Source: the human T2T-CHM13v2.0 reference genome, Homo sapiens
NCBI RefSeq assembly: GCF_009914755.1
Contig: NC_060934.1
DNA: 64,000 nt
Reading direction: 5' to 3' (one strand)
Shown piece by piece: positions 44,501 to 58,250 of the stretch; the stretch's first letter is position 1, and every line of letters starts with the position of its first letter. The translations under genes were made by a program, and so were the position numbers. Below the pieces are notes generated by a model that saw only the letters and a list, made by a program, of their open reading frames with translations, had not been told where the DNA came from and searched no databases.

Positions 44501-46041
44501 GCAAGTTTCCGATTGTGATTAACCCTGAGGTTACTGATTTGAAAGGGTGGAACAGTATATAAGAAATACAAGGAAGAGGACATTTAGAGAATAGAAAGAT
44601 TATTAAAGTACCTCTCCAAAGCTGTGCTGAATAGTGTAAGTTTAGAAGAGAAGAAAATTCTCTATTTTTTAAATTGGTCCTTAGATTTCTGCTATCTGGA
44701 AACTGGACTTATGTGAAATACCTCATTCCCAGATGGCCTTTGTTAGGTAAGGTACAAGACAAGGAATTGGACAACCTTTCAAATATCCTTTAAATGTCAC
44801 TCGCTGGACTGGTGATAGAGGCTTTTATTATTCTCTGCTGGAGTACATCAACAGTCATTTGCATGCCAGGAAAAGAATGTCTGGAATAATCCAAAAAAGG
44901 CAAAGCTTAATTCTTTCACTAAAACCAAGAAAGTGACAGCACAGAAAGGGAAATAAAATAAGAAAATAAGTATCCGAGGTAGACTTACTGGTCAACAAAA
45001 GCCCAAAAGAGAAACCGTGCGTGTGCACCGAGGCACTCACACAGGGCCCTTAACACAGATGGCTCTTGATGCCGCCGTAAGACTTTTTTAAGCTACCCCC
45101 CAAAACGAAAGCTGAAATGAAGGAAACAGATATTGTCAGGGGGAATATTCACTGCTCAAAAAGATCTGCCAAGGCATCTTTTTAAACCTTTCTTCTGGTT
45201 CGTTTAAATATGGTTTCATGGATAGAGTGACCAGCACCAAACACAGGGCTCCAGTGAGTCTAAGCCAGAGCTTTCATGGAGTGGCTCTTAATTGTCATTT
45301 TTGCATGTGGAATGAATGCACATAGGAGCAGCACCTCATATACCAATGGACTGTGTCCCAGAAGCTTGTTACATTGGTTGTTTAGAACAGAATACCTTTC
45401 TCCAAAGAAACTATGTCATAAATTAAGCTTGAAGCCCACGCAGATCCAATGGTTTATTGAACTCATGAGCATATCTAGATTTTACTACTGATACCAGCTT
45501 AAATTTTAAGGCACACAGTGTGCAGGAAGAGAGAGAAAAAGAAAAAAGAACATTTTCTCCCCTGAGGGTCATTATGAGCCAAGAAAAAAGGTTTGGAGAT
45601 GGCAGTTGGACTTGTTATCCTCCCAAACTTTCTACATCCTTGTTCCTCTTTCCCCAGTAACCAAAATGGCTTGTTCTCTCGTTTTGTTCCATGTCTCCAA
45701 CCGCAGCAGGACATCCAAATGGATACTACCTCCCAGAGTGTCCCATGCACCAATAAACGACTTCTTTTTTCTCTCAATCAAAATCTTCATTTCTTCCCAG
45801 GGATATTCACCTCCATCAAGCAGATGGGAAGTTAGCCCGATTAATTCATACTAACATAGAAAACACTCCTATCTGCCTAGATGCTTTGCTTTATACCAGA
45901 TGTGTCTAATTAAGAGGGATTTTAGAGAGTGTAACAAAATGAAGTTTAAACATTCAAACTCTTGGGAGCAGGATAAATTTATAAAGTATATGCTGACAGA
46001 GCCATGGGGCTCATAGAGCAACCATTCTAATGCACTAGGCC

Positions 46042-46356
46042 TTTTTTTTTTTTTTTTTTTTGAGACAGAGTCTCATTCTATTGCCCAGACTGGAGTGCAG
46101 TGGCATGATCTCGTGATCTCGGCTCAGTGCAACCTCCACCACCTCCCAGGTTCAAGTGATCCCCCTGCCTCTCTCCCCGTAGTAGCTGGGATCACAGGCG
46201 CGCTCCACCATGCCTAGTTAATTTTTTTTTATTTTTGGTAGAGATGGGGTTTCACTGTATTGACTAGACTGGTCTCGAACTCCTGACCTCTGATGATCCA
46301 CTGGCCTCGGCTTCCCAAAGTGCTGGGATTACAGGCGTGAGCCACCGCTCCTGGCC
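46042..46356 (-). mobile_element. AluS
   Basis: Perfect TSD tgcactaggccttt on both sides. Confidence 0.94.
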
Positions 46357-47139
46357 TGCACTAGGCCTTTATAAACTGATCATCTGTGATCTGTGAAAGG
46401 GAAAAATGCAACAAGGGCTTGTCCTCAAGTCGAGCAAAACAAGAGGGGAACTCCACAGGTTTTATTTCAAGACTTGCCTGATTTACTCTTTCTTAGAATC
46501 CTCTTTCCTCCTTCAGTAGAGAAAGAAATTCCATAGGCTTGGTTCTGAGGGTAAAGTCAAAGTCTAATTCAAGTTAGAAAAGGTTCCAGTGAGAACCCAC
46601 TCTGTAAGGCGGCAAAAACGGTTCCATCTGGAGAATCTGAGCCCTGGTTCAACAGGAATGGAGGTGGATATTACACCGGGGGTCCTTATCCTGGCACCAC
46701 AGAGAGCAGAGAGAGCAGACCACCTGGGGGCTAGAGGCTTGGACATCAGTTTGTAAGGAAATTCACTCAGTCAAACATCTGAAAATTACCATTCGCTAAG
46801 CTCACATGATAAAAACAAATTATAATTTTAATTTAGATGACTTAATTCAACAGATGACACTGAGTGACTAAATTTCCTTTGAGTATTAATTACATTTAGA
46901 TGCAATGACCTTAATAACTCTGATCAATTGCAATGGTAAAATTACTGCTGTCAAAAATGTTTCAACCCATTTGTAGTGAGAGCCTGCTATGACCCTGGCA
47001 TGAAGCCAAAGACTGTGGATTACAGAGAAATAATGTCTATGTAAAATCAATAAAAATATGTTTGCATTTGCTTTGATGTTTCTAGTAATATCTTCAATTA
47101 GGATTACTACTTTATAATCTACAAGATTCTGCCCCCTAG

Positions 47140-47520
<381 letters not shown>

Positions 47521-47602
47521 TGATTCCATATATTTAATAAAACTCATCACAAGACAGCTACTCTAACAAAAATGGATGAATAATTGGATAAAGTTCCTTG
47601 GC

Positions 47603-47964
<362 letters not shown>

Positions 47965-48939
47965 TTAAAAAATTTGAAAGTTCAAAATCTTTGTACTACT
48001 GTAGCACTGGGGGAGGGGGTGTTAATACAGACTTAGAAAATTTCTATTTAGGTGAGGAAAGAAAGATATAACCAGATGGAATTGAAAGAATTCAGAAGAA
48101 GGTTATATGCCAGAGAAAACCATAGCAGTTGCTCAGAAAGTATTTCTTGAAATCCCCTGTTTTACTATTTATACATGCCTGGTAACCCAGCTACGATTGC
48201 AGCAACACTGTCACTCAATTCCCACCAAAGACAGCCATTGATTGTTTTGACCTGAAACCTAGCAGATCAGTCTTAGGCCACCAGCCTTTCTTAATTCTCC
48301 AACCATAAAAACAAATCATTTAGTCTGCCCTTTTTAAGTTGGTGCACACGCATGTAAAACCAGAAGTTTACATGTCTAGGTTGCTTTCTCATTGCTTGCA
48401 TAACTAAAAAAAAAAATAGGCTTTTATTTAAAAATAGAATTTGGCAAATGAATAGTCCATACTATGGACCAAGTGCCTTTGGAATGCTTTAATAAAAACA
48501 AGCCACCGAGATATTTAACTTTGAAAAGAATCAACTCTACAGGCATGCTATTCACTCTGGCTTTATATTTTGTCACTTTTGAAAAGAGCATGCATTTTCA
48601 GAAGACTCACCACACTGGGAAAATTGCGTAGGCATCTAATCTATGTTTTTACCAGGCAATGTTAAAAATTTTATAAGAAAAATATTTTAAAATAAAAGAT
48701 TACCAATTACTCTGTCTCATTAAAATTAATGTATTTGTCATTTTTTTATTTGCCTATGCACATTTGTACTGTCATAACTGTATTATAGTGTTTCCACAAT
48801 TTTGAATTGTTTTTCAATATTACATTATAAATATTTCTCAAGTATTTTCATAGTATCAGTATTATAAAGAAAGATCTTGACTTTTATGCAGTCTTAATCT
48901 GATTTGAGAGTAGGATAACGTTTACATTTTTTTTAAAAT

Positions 48940-50030
48940 TGATACTTTTTATATGTTCCAGAAAAATGTATAAAACACGAGCATTAATTACTTCTTCAAA
49001 GTTTGAAAAGAAATGGATGTATTAAGTCATGTGTTTTGGGAATTGGATTGACTAAAAATCTTAATTTTTCCCTAGTTATTGGCCATTTAAAACTTTTCTT
49101 GTTTATGAACTTTTAATTTGTGTGGAGAATGCCAATTTATTTAAATACACATTTACATATAGTATATTGCCAAACAACTGTGCATAGTACTTCATCATAA
49201 TTTTTTAAAACCTTTTTTGTTTAATAACTGTTTATTGATTGTTGTTTCTTTCCTTTGTAATTTCCAATTTTAATTTGCGTCGATTTTTGCTTGTTTAATT
49301 TATTATTGTTTTAAAAGAGTCAACTCTTATTTATTTTTCAGCTTCCCATTTGACCTTTTTTTATTTTATTTTATTTTTCAATTATCTGTTTGAACAATGT
49401 GATTTCTTTCCCTGTCTCTAAAAATAAACATTCATAAAACTCTGAATTACTTTCAAGCTCTTCTCTGGTCACAACAGTCAGATGTTAATATGTAGTGTCT
49501 TCATTTTCTTTTGCAACAGGGTCTCCCTCTGTTCCTCAGGCTGGTGTGCAGTGGCATGATCACGGCTCACTGCAGCCTTGATCTCCTGGGCTCAAGCGGT
49601 CCTCCCACCTCAGCCTCCCAAGTAGATGGGACTGCAGGTATGCACCACCATGCATGGGTAATTAAAAAAAAAATTTGTAGCAATGGGGGTCTCACCATAT
49701 TGCCCAGGCTTGTCTCAAACTCCTGGGTTCAAGGAATCCTCTTGCCTCTGCCTCCCAAAGTGTTGGGATTACAGTTGTGAGCCACCTTGCCCAGCTTCAT
49801 TTTCATTATTGGCCAAATTTTCTTTTATTTTTTCTTCTTCCTAGACCCAATTATTATTTACAAGACAATTTCTGTAATTTTGAGTGTTTGGAGTTTGTTT
49901 TTATTGTTGGAGTTGGTGATGCAAAGAGAAAATGAGGTTGATTTAAGTCTTTAGAAATGTATTGATATTTTCTCTGAATCTTTGTAGATCATTTGTCTCA
50001 TATATATTTGTAAACGTTTGAAAATCAGAT
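48940..50030 (-). mobile_element. Very old L1M fragment interrupted by an AluJ
   Basis: T-rich degenerate L1-like sequence; weak similarity. Confidence 0.45.
49505..49795 (-). mobile_element. AluJ
   Basis: Diverged Alu; TSD cttcattttc. Confidence 0.9.
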
Positions 50031-51202
50031 TGCTGGTGAAATGATCTAAAGGGTACATTAACAGAGCAACTTTAGATTTCTTAATAAAGCCCTACTGTTC
50101 ATGGACCAAGCTTCTTGATATTATGAAGAAAAGATGTAGTAAAATGTGTATAGTTTATATCATAGGGCCTAGTATACCATAACTACTCTATACATGATTG
50201 GTAGTAGTAGGGATAATAATAGTGATTATAGTAGTGATGTTCTTCCTATCTCTTGTGCAGATTCAGAGATCTGGAGGAGAGTACCTACTATGTGTTCTTG
50301 GTCTGGGTTTTCTTATCTGTGATGTAATGTGCCTGGTCTAGATGTTTTCTGAGGTTATTTCCAGCTCTAATATTCTAAATCTCATTTGCTGACATTTTCA
50401 GGACCCAGACTCTGTCTACACCAGATGTTGGTCATGCATATTCCTTGTTCCAAAGTCACCTCATACACTTCTTAAGAGCAAACCTCTCTGGGAACTGAAG
50501 TCAAGATAGAAATTTTTACCAAACCTACTACTCCATCTGAAAGTTTTGGACAGGTAGGAATCGATCCTTTATTTCTGGAAGGAAAGTAAAATTTTAAAAG
50601 CTATTTTTCATCCCTGCTTATGCTTTTCAGGAATGAGAGTAAAATTTCCAGAGCAATGGAAGCCAGACCTATACCTTTCTTTCACAAAAGCTTGACACCC
50701 TATTAATTTGTTTTCATTTACCATCACTATTTAGCAATCAAAGCATTTAACAGAAAAGATAAAATACAAAGTATTTGCAGGACTGGCCACAATCCGGCAC
50801 TATCCTCTATTATAAATTATTCATAAAAGCCAGTATACACCCCCCTAAACATTGTTATTCTGAAGATTAAAATTATTATAAAGAATGAAAATTCTTCCAT
50901 CTTGAGTTAATTTTTGTATAAAAACAAAATGAAAATATTAAAAAATTAAAATTAAAAAATATAAAAAGAATAAAACTTCCTGTCTTTAATATGAAAACTG
51001 AAAATTTCTCAGTAAGACCATAATCTACTAACAAATGTATCCATTGGCAATTCTAAACAAAACGAAAGCTTTAAAACTGAATTATGGGCAATATGTGAAT
51101 AATCTGATGTCTTTATACCTGTTAAAATAAATCCCTCTGATGCAGTTTTAATTGTGCTTTAAACAGGTATCGCAGGAATTACTACAGAAAGCACGGACTT
51201 AC

Positions 51203-51538
51203 CTGTGCGATAGACAAAGTTGCCTTCAGTTTCTGATGACGATGGAGACACTAATTCTTCCTCAAATTCATTGGAGCTAAAAGATCCCGAGTGGTTTCTT
51301 TGCCTTGTTTTTCCCATCATGGTAGTGTTCGTGGCCATGACATGTCTCAAAGAGTCATTAAGGTAACGGTTCAACAAGCTGCTCTTGTATTTGGGGGGTG
51401 CCACGTAGTCCTCACTGGCCCGTGACTCTGGCCTCACTCCCGCTTTGATGACCGAATTCTCACTTTTAATCACAGGATGGTGAACTGGGGTATTATAGCC
51501 CCCTTCGTTCATGTGGGTTCTTGGAGGATTTTCTCCAT
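51203..51538 (-). CDS. MKX: MKX exon 5 (DGENPPRTHMNEGG...PKYKSSLLNRYLND...GNFVYRT), 336 nt
   Basis: Acceptor actttAG (51540-51539) and consensus donor CAG|GTAAGT (51203/51202). Phase 1 at both ends, in frame with exon 4. Confidence 0.97.
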
Positions 51539-51967
51539 CTAAAGTGGAACAGTATCACTAAGTAGGGTGGTATGCATACTTTCCCCCAGCCACCCAACTC
51601 TTATATTTAATCCTTAAAAATATATAAAGGAAATATATTTAAAGTATATAAAATTATCTTTGATAGTCAAGATCAATTTTTAGGCAATGAAAGCAAATAT
51701 TTATGTCATCTCTCGCTTATGGTATTTTAATTTTAATGAATTTCACTGAATATGTTATTCTGACACATGGTATATCTATAAACAAGAGGAAATGGCCATC
51801 ATTCCTTTGGTCATTTATAGTATTATAAAAATGAAGTTACTTCATGCAATAAAAAAGAACCGTTAAGGCACCATCATATTTTGTGAGAGCAACCTTAAAA
51901 ATAGCAATTATGGTGAACTTGCTAATAGAGGCAAAACAAAGAAAGCAAAATAAAAATATTAACAAAC

Positions 51968-52121
51968 CTTCAGAACATGAGTCATCACTGCTTACGCTAA
52001 GCCGTTCAGCATTGCCTTGAACATACTTGTTGTATAACTTTATTCTCAAAGCCCAGCTTAAATCTGGCTGTCGAACGGTATTCTTAAGCCGACGTCTTGC
52101 ATTAGCAAACCAATTTGACAC
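51968..52121 (-). CDS. MKX: MKX exon 4: homeodomain helix 3 (VSNWFANARRRLKN...SDDSCSE), 154 nt
   Basis: Acceptor gttttAG (52123-52122) and donor GAAG|GTTTGT. WFANARRR recognition helix with Ala50, as in IRX/MKX. Confidence 0.98.
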
Positions 52122-52259
52122 CTAAAACAGTATTATTTTTCAATTAACAAAACTTAAAAACATTATCCATGGTGCGATTATTTTCTCATAAAGGAGCTAA
52201 GCCTCTCTCAGCACCTCTGATCATTAAATATTCTCAGGACATAAGAATACCGGACATTC

Positions 52260-52950
52260 GCATCCATTCATTCATTTGACAAACATGTTGCTTACTACAG
52301 ACACTGAGCATTTAGTGTATTTGTGGAATAAGGAAAAATGAAAAGGCCTTGACATCAAAAAATTTAATAAGAGAAAAGTCCAGTAAGAGAAGTAGGAGGG
52401 TATACAAATAACTAGTATAAGAAAGAATGTGATGAATGGCATACAAGACATTAAAATGATACGAGTCCAAAGGAAAGAGGGGTTACTTTCATATATGACT
52501 CCAGCCTTTTTGAGGAAGTTAAGTGAGCCTTTGAAGAAAGTCCAGAATAGGTCAGGTCAAGAGGGAAGGGAAGTGCATTCCCAATAAAGAGGACACAGGA
52601 ACAAATAGAAGTGAAATTCCACAGAAATTGTAGGGGTTGAAGAAGAGGGAAGAGTTAAAGATGACCTTGAGTCATCAAACCTGTGGAACCAAGAGAAGGG
52701 TAGTGCATTTGGGGAAGGAGATGAAACTTTCTGAGGATAAAATGATGTGTTTGGCTTGGGCAATGTCTAGTTTGAGGTGCTAATACTGGTGACATGTCTG
52801 GTAAGAAAATAAAAGTGGTATCTGAGATTGAAGGGAGGGGATGAGCAAATTCAAGAGGAAAAGGCACAGAGGTAATAGTCAAAGTTGCAAGAGTAGAGAG
52901 AGTGAAAGCAGGGTCAAGGGCCAAGCTTTGGAAACCATTAGAGATGAAAA
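52260..52950 (-). mobile_element. L2 LINE 3' fragment
   Basis: catccattcattcatttgacaaacatg tail followed by a purine-rich L2 body. Confidence 0.65.
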
Positions 52951-54159
52951 AAGTGGGATCTGTTCGCTTCCAAAAGAGGCGTTAGCAAAACAGAGGTAGA
53001 ACCATGGGTGAAGAGGGGGAAAATAAACCAAAGAACTCCTCACTTTAAGCCAAAAGTCAAATGTTTCTTAGACAAATAGGTGAAGGCAAAGAAAGAAATA
53101 TGTCAAGACAAAGAAAAGCTACTTCCATTCTTTTTTTTTAAAGATGTTACTGGATTTGATACTTGAAATTTCTTCTAAAATACCAGGTTATCATCAGTGC
53201 ATAGATTTTTAGAAACTCAAAAGGGCAATACTTGCCTTTAAAAGAATGAAACATGGGAAGAGAATTAAATCTTTCTGCCAGTTTGGTCCAGAACATGACC
53301 AAACTGAGGAATTTAAGCTAGGCTTTGAAGAAAGGCCAGATTACTATAATGGTTTGTGTGGCAATGTTTGCACTGGAAATTTCTACTTTTTTTTTTCTAG
53401 ATTTATACTATAAATACACATTTTTTGTGCATTACTCAAGTCCTTATTATTCTACTTAAAAAAAAATCTCAAATTATACTTTTTCTCCCTGTCCTCATGG
53501 GTAAACACACGGTGGGTTTCCCATATGTATTTAATATTCAATATAGTTAATATTGTCTTCTTTGTACCTGAAGCAATGATAGTTATCCTTTCAAATTTAT
53601 ATGCAATGACATATTATCTCACTGTGGCATTTCAGAAGTCAGTCTTCACCAATGCTTCTTCCTGCTAAGCTATGTTACTATTACTAAGATTCAGTCTGAC
53701 TTCAAATTCTCAGTCCTTCCCATTCTCTACAGACAGACAACAAAATTATTGAGTGACTATTGTACTTTAGCCATGGTGTTAAGTCCTAGGAATGAATAAG
53801 CTTTGTCTTCTGCACTCCCAGAAGGACTAGCGGAAAAGAACTACACATAATTAACTGGGATACACTGGTGAACATTAGCTGTGGAAGCACAAGGAGCCTG
53901 ATCCCTTTCTTCATGAAATTTCTCAAACTCCCTTGGATTCTTCAACTCACTGCCAAAATCTTCATCCGACTACTTTATCCAGCCATACTACTAGCTGGGA
54001 ATTTGAAAACATTTCTCTTTCTAACTTCCCTGTCTTCCATTCTGTTCTCTTAAATGGATCTTAGCAAGTATCATCAAATTCAAGAATTGATGCACCATTT
54101 TGATTTAGTCACTTCACTTCTTCAAATCCTCATAAATGTCCTGTTATCCCATAATCACC

Positions 54160-54310
54160 ATACAGTGGAAGAGGGCCTGGCTTCCTGTTCTGAATTTGCC
54201 AAAAACATGCTGTGTGAATTTGGATAAATTATTCAACTTTTCTGAACTTTGAATCCTTCATCTCTAAAATGGATTTGATGGTTCCTAATATCCTTGCTAG
54301 CTCTAAAAAT
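54160..54310 (+). mobile_element. MIR3/MIR SINE
   Basis: acagtggaagag...gctgtgtgaatttggataaattattcaacttttctgaac...catctctaaaatgg. Confidence 0.65.
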
Positions 54311-55281
54311 TAAGATGGGTGAATACATCCCAAGTTCCCCTACAGCAATGTTAATTTCCTTTATACTAGGTACTAACCTCCCTCTGTTGACCAGTACTGT
54401 CTCCAGCAAGAGTGTTTTTGTCCTTCTTTGCTCCTTTCACACACAGAGTACAGCCTGCAACTTCCCCTAGATCATTCATATTTACTAGAATCCAACTCCA
54501 AAACATTTTTGTAACTTTCTTTACTCAATGGGATATAATTCAGACTAACCTTAAATCTTAACTAACCTTAAATCTTCACACAGCAACCACACATAGTACA
54601 GTGTAAAATCCAATTCTTATGAAACTCTTCTTATAATGAAAATGCAATGGCCTTCTAATTTTTTAAAAAAGTAATACACTACCCTTCTAACAGATAAAAA
54701 TGGGGGAACATTTAAATGATTTAAATGTCACAGGGGATTAACTAACTTTTCATGTATAGGAGTCATATCTCTTTTAAGTTTTATATACTCATAGTCTTTT
54801 TTTTAACCATATTATAATAGTTACACATTAGGTGATTTTCCAGAAAGGTTTGCTGATGTCTATTATAGACTGTTTCAAAACTGATTTCATAAATTGACCA
54901 CCACCCAATCTGGTAATATATATATTCTGCTGGGGTTTTTTGTTCTTTTGTTTTTTCAGTACAACTTAACAGCTAGATACACTCCAAGGTCTTTAATGTG
55001 TATTTGCAGTAGGTCCTGCAAACAGCAAATAGTTAGTTAACAAATTTGCATATACTTGTTTTGCATTTCTTTCTGGATGAATTAATGCAAATTCCATCTG
55101 TTTCACTGAAGGTAAAAATATCGGTTCAAATTTTCCACTTTTAATCTACTATGGATTCCTTCGGGTTGTCGTTCATATTCTCTTCAAATTGTATTTTACA
55201 TGAAACAGGTCTCCTTAACCAAGGATAGGTTCTGGAACAGAATTTTAATGTCAAACTGAATGCTATATGTGTATATACGTA

Positions 55282-55423
55282 TAGATGTTTGGGCCTCTAA
55301 GCTTTCACTATAAAATATGGGAGATAGTTAGATATGACTAATTTATATAATTATGATTTATATCAGTATCTATCTATCTATCTCCCATATTTTATAGTGA
55401 AAGATTAGAAGGCCAAACATCTA
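55282..55423. repeat. Long inverted repeat (46-bp arms, 3 mismatches)
   Basis: 55282-55327 is the reverse complement of 55378-55423; 26 bp are perfect. Confidence 0.95.
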
Positions 55424-57667
55424 GAAGCTGGGAGGGAAAACTAAATAATATTCATCCTACTTTAACAAAGGTGTTTACATTCATCATGTTGACAGAGCAA
55501 TTGTTATAGTACACCCAAAGGGATAAACTGGCATCTGTCCATGTTTGAACACACTGAATTAACGAACTTCTGAGCTATTCAACTGAAATATTGAGCACTT
55601 CATTTCCACACCATGTAATATAACACTTGGAATAATGAATAAGGACTGATCTGAGATTTTGTTGAATATTTAACGTTACTATAAGCCTTGTAGCTGATAA
55701 TGGCATATATATATCAGCAGGCACACTCAATACCAAGCAAAAACAGAGTTATGTCAACAGAGGAGACAGAATCTAGGAACATAGCAGTTTTAACAAATCG
55801 TATGTGGACATATCACAGGAATATGAGACTTTCATTATTAGAGGAGGAAGCATTAACATCTACTCATTACTCCTTGATAAGTTCCATATCCTGCAATAAT
55901 ACAAACCCCAATCACATACCATTTTATACTATTCCACAATAAAGCTGTTTATATTTTGAGAGTACAGAGTGTATTTCTATAGCATTTGAACAATGATCAG
56001 CCATAGGATCAGCCATAAGATCCGTTGGTAATTCTATACATTTTTATTTTTTCCATTTATCACTTTAAAGTTTCAGAAACTAGCTTCATTAATAATAAAA
56101 TTTGAAATCATTATACAGTTGTCATTTATTATTATAAAAATTATCTTACCCCACTTAAAATTACATATTTCTGTGCATTTTTATTTTCTGAGCACTAGTG
56201 TAAGAGAAAAAAAGTGTTTTGAATGAAAATTTCATGTAAAGCATATTTTAAAAATGTAATAGCCTTACCAAGATCTAAATGTAAAAAGCATTTTTATTTG
56301 TATTTGAACTATCATTACAGGTGGCAAATAATTTAAAATTATAACTACTTGTATTGCAGCTCAACAAAAACCACTACATAAGAAAGTTTAAATGGCTCTC
56401 CTAATGACAAATGCTACTTCATAATTTAAAAATGTCCTAAAATATGTCATCAATGTTCTTTTGTTTTCTGTATGAAAGAATAGTCTCTATTAAATATGAA
56501 GCTCTATAATCAGCCAAAATAACCTAGTGTTTCATTGCTGACATCACTGTGAAATATTCAGATAACTCTATAAATTAGTGTATTTTAAAAATAAGTAGCA
56601 TACTTATTTAAACTGAAATTTTAACATAGGTTATTTATTTTCATAAGTCAGGTTTTTCTGACTGGAATAATTTATTTCAAAACTACTTTGGTACATTGCT
56701 AAAAGATTCATAGTTTTATGTTAAACAGATATTAAGCCAAGAACACTAAATTAATTTTCCCCTCCACTGCTGCAGCAAATCACTATTAATACCATTGCCT
56801 GATAATATGAAAGAAAACAGATGTTTTTGTATATAATTATATTCTGAAAATAAGCAGAAATTACGTATTCTAGTATTGATAGCCTGACAATAAGTCAACT
56901 TTCATGCCTTGTCAAACTTTCCAGTAATTCCTAAAGGGAAATTTTAAATACTCTGGAAAGCAATCTTTATTTTATCCACTAGTTCCTTTTTCCTTTTTGG
57001 AGTTCCTGCTTACTGTAAATTTAGCGGAATGGCCAAATTTTCACAATCAGGTAATGCTACCGCAATGTGCAAAACTTTTCACCTGATGTAGCCCCTCCTC
57101 CTCTTCTTTCTGAATAAATTTGCCTATTTGCATGTAAAAAAGTTCAAGCCACCGTATTTATTTTAAAAAATTGTGACATGACGGGAAGAGCATTTGGTCT
57201 GGAATTATTTATTTCCAGGCCTGTCTTTTACTGACACAACTGCCCCAAGTCTTGATTATGTCAAGTGTAAAATTCTGATAGTAACTGCCTACAACATCGT
57301 GGTTTTGTGAACAGTAAGATTCAGTTTTGAAAAGCTAGTCAAATGTAAAGTAACGTTGTTCACCAGAGAACACACAAACTTTGCACCATTTCTCTACACT
57401 TGGCAAAGTAACCCAACCATCTGAAATCTGCCTCCTCTCCTTAAGCCCAGCAGAAAAGCATCAGGAGCAAAATGCTGTGGATTGCAGCTAATGTTTAGGA
57501 TGCTTCCTATTAAAAAATAATAATAAATAAGTGTGTGTGGGGGGTTGTTGATCCAAACATCATTTCTTGTCTTTCTATCCCCTACTCCTAGCTGTCAGTA
57601 ATGGTAATTTTGAAAGTTACTCTGTACCTGAGCTTTAATACTGGGCCTTAATATGGAGCGTCACACT

Positions 57668-57846
57668 GCGTGGTTCTCAAAGTGGGGTTCCTCCCTAGCC
57701 TCTGCTTCAGTAACACCTGGGGCCTTGTAAGAGATGCAAATGATGGTCTCACCCCAGACCTGCTGAATCCGAAACTCGGAGGTGGGGCCTAGCGATTCGT
57801 GTTTTAAGCTCTCCAGGCGATTCTGATGCTCACTAATGTTGAACCT
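57668..57846. mobile_element. MER5A hAT-Charlie MITE
   Basis: gtggttctcaaagtg...gatgcaaatg...ccccagacctgctgaatccgaaactc..ggtggggcc...ccaggcgattctgatgc. Confidence 0.85.
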
Positions 57847-58090
57847 TCTCGTAAGTCTGCAGTTTACTTTTCACTTCCCTACCTGACAGCGCATCCTGCA
57901 TTCTTTCCTAAACGGAGCATCTGCACTGAACTGAGGGATGAGGGTGAGAGGTAATTCAGAAACTCCCACAGCTCGGCTCCATCCCTCTCCAGGTAGAAGC
58001 GCCACGTGGAGAGCCACACGAACTCTAAGCGTTCCCGCTCTTCAGCCCCTCGCGGGAAAACGGATCAGGGTGTTAATGGGTCCTGATTAC

Positions 58091-58250
58091 CTGCACTAGC
58101 GTCATCTGCGAGCCGAGGGCCAAGAGTATCTTCTCGGTCTTGGTGGGGTACGGGTTGTCACGGTGCTTGTAAAGCCACTGCTTGAGGGGTCGCGCCATGT
58201 CTTGCAGGGCCTGCCGCTTGTGCCTCACCTTCCCGCCATTCTGCCGGGCG
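58091..58250 (-). CDS. MKX: MKX exon 3: N-terminal part of TALE homeodomain (ARQNGGKVRHKRQALQDMARPLKQWLYKHRDNPYPTKTEKILLALGSQMTLVQ), 160 nt
   Basis: Acceptor tcccAG (58252-58251) and donor CAG|GTAATC. Carries the TALE PYP loop. 188+160=348 nt, phase 0. Confidence 0.98.

Noticed and set aside
46106-46145. Small internal duplications in an Alu (TGATCTCG x2, CCA repeat)
   Set aside because: Ordinary post-insertion slippage.
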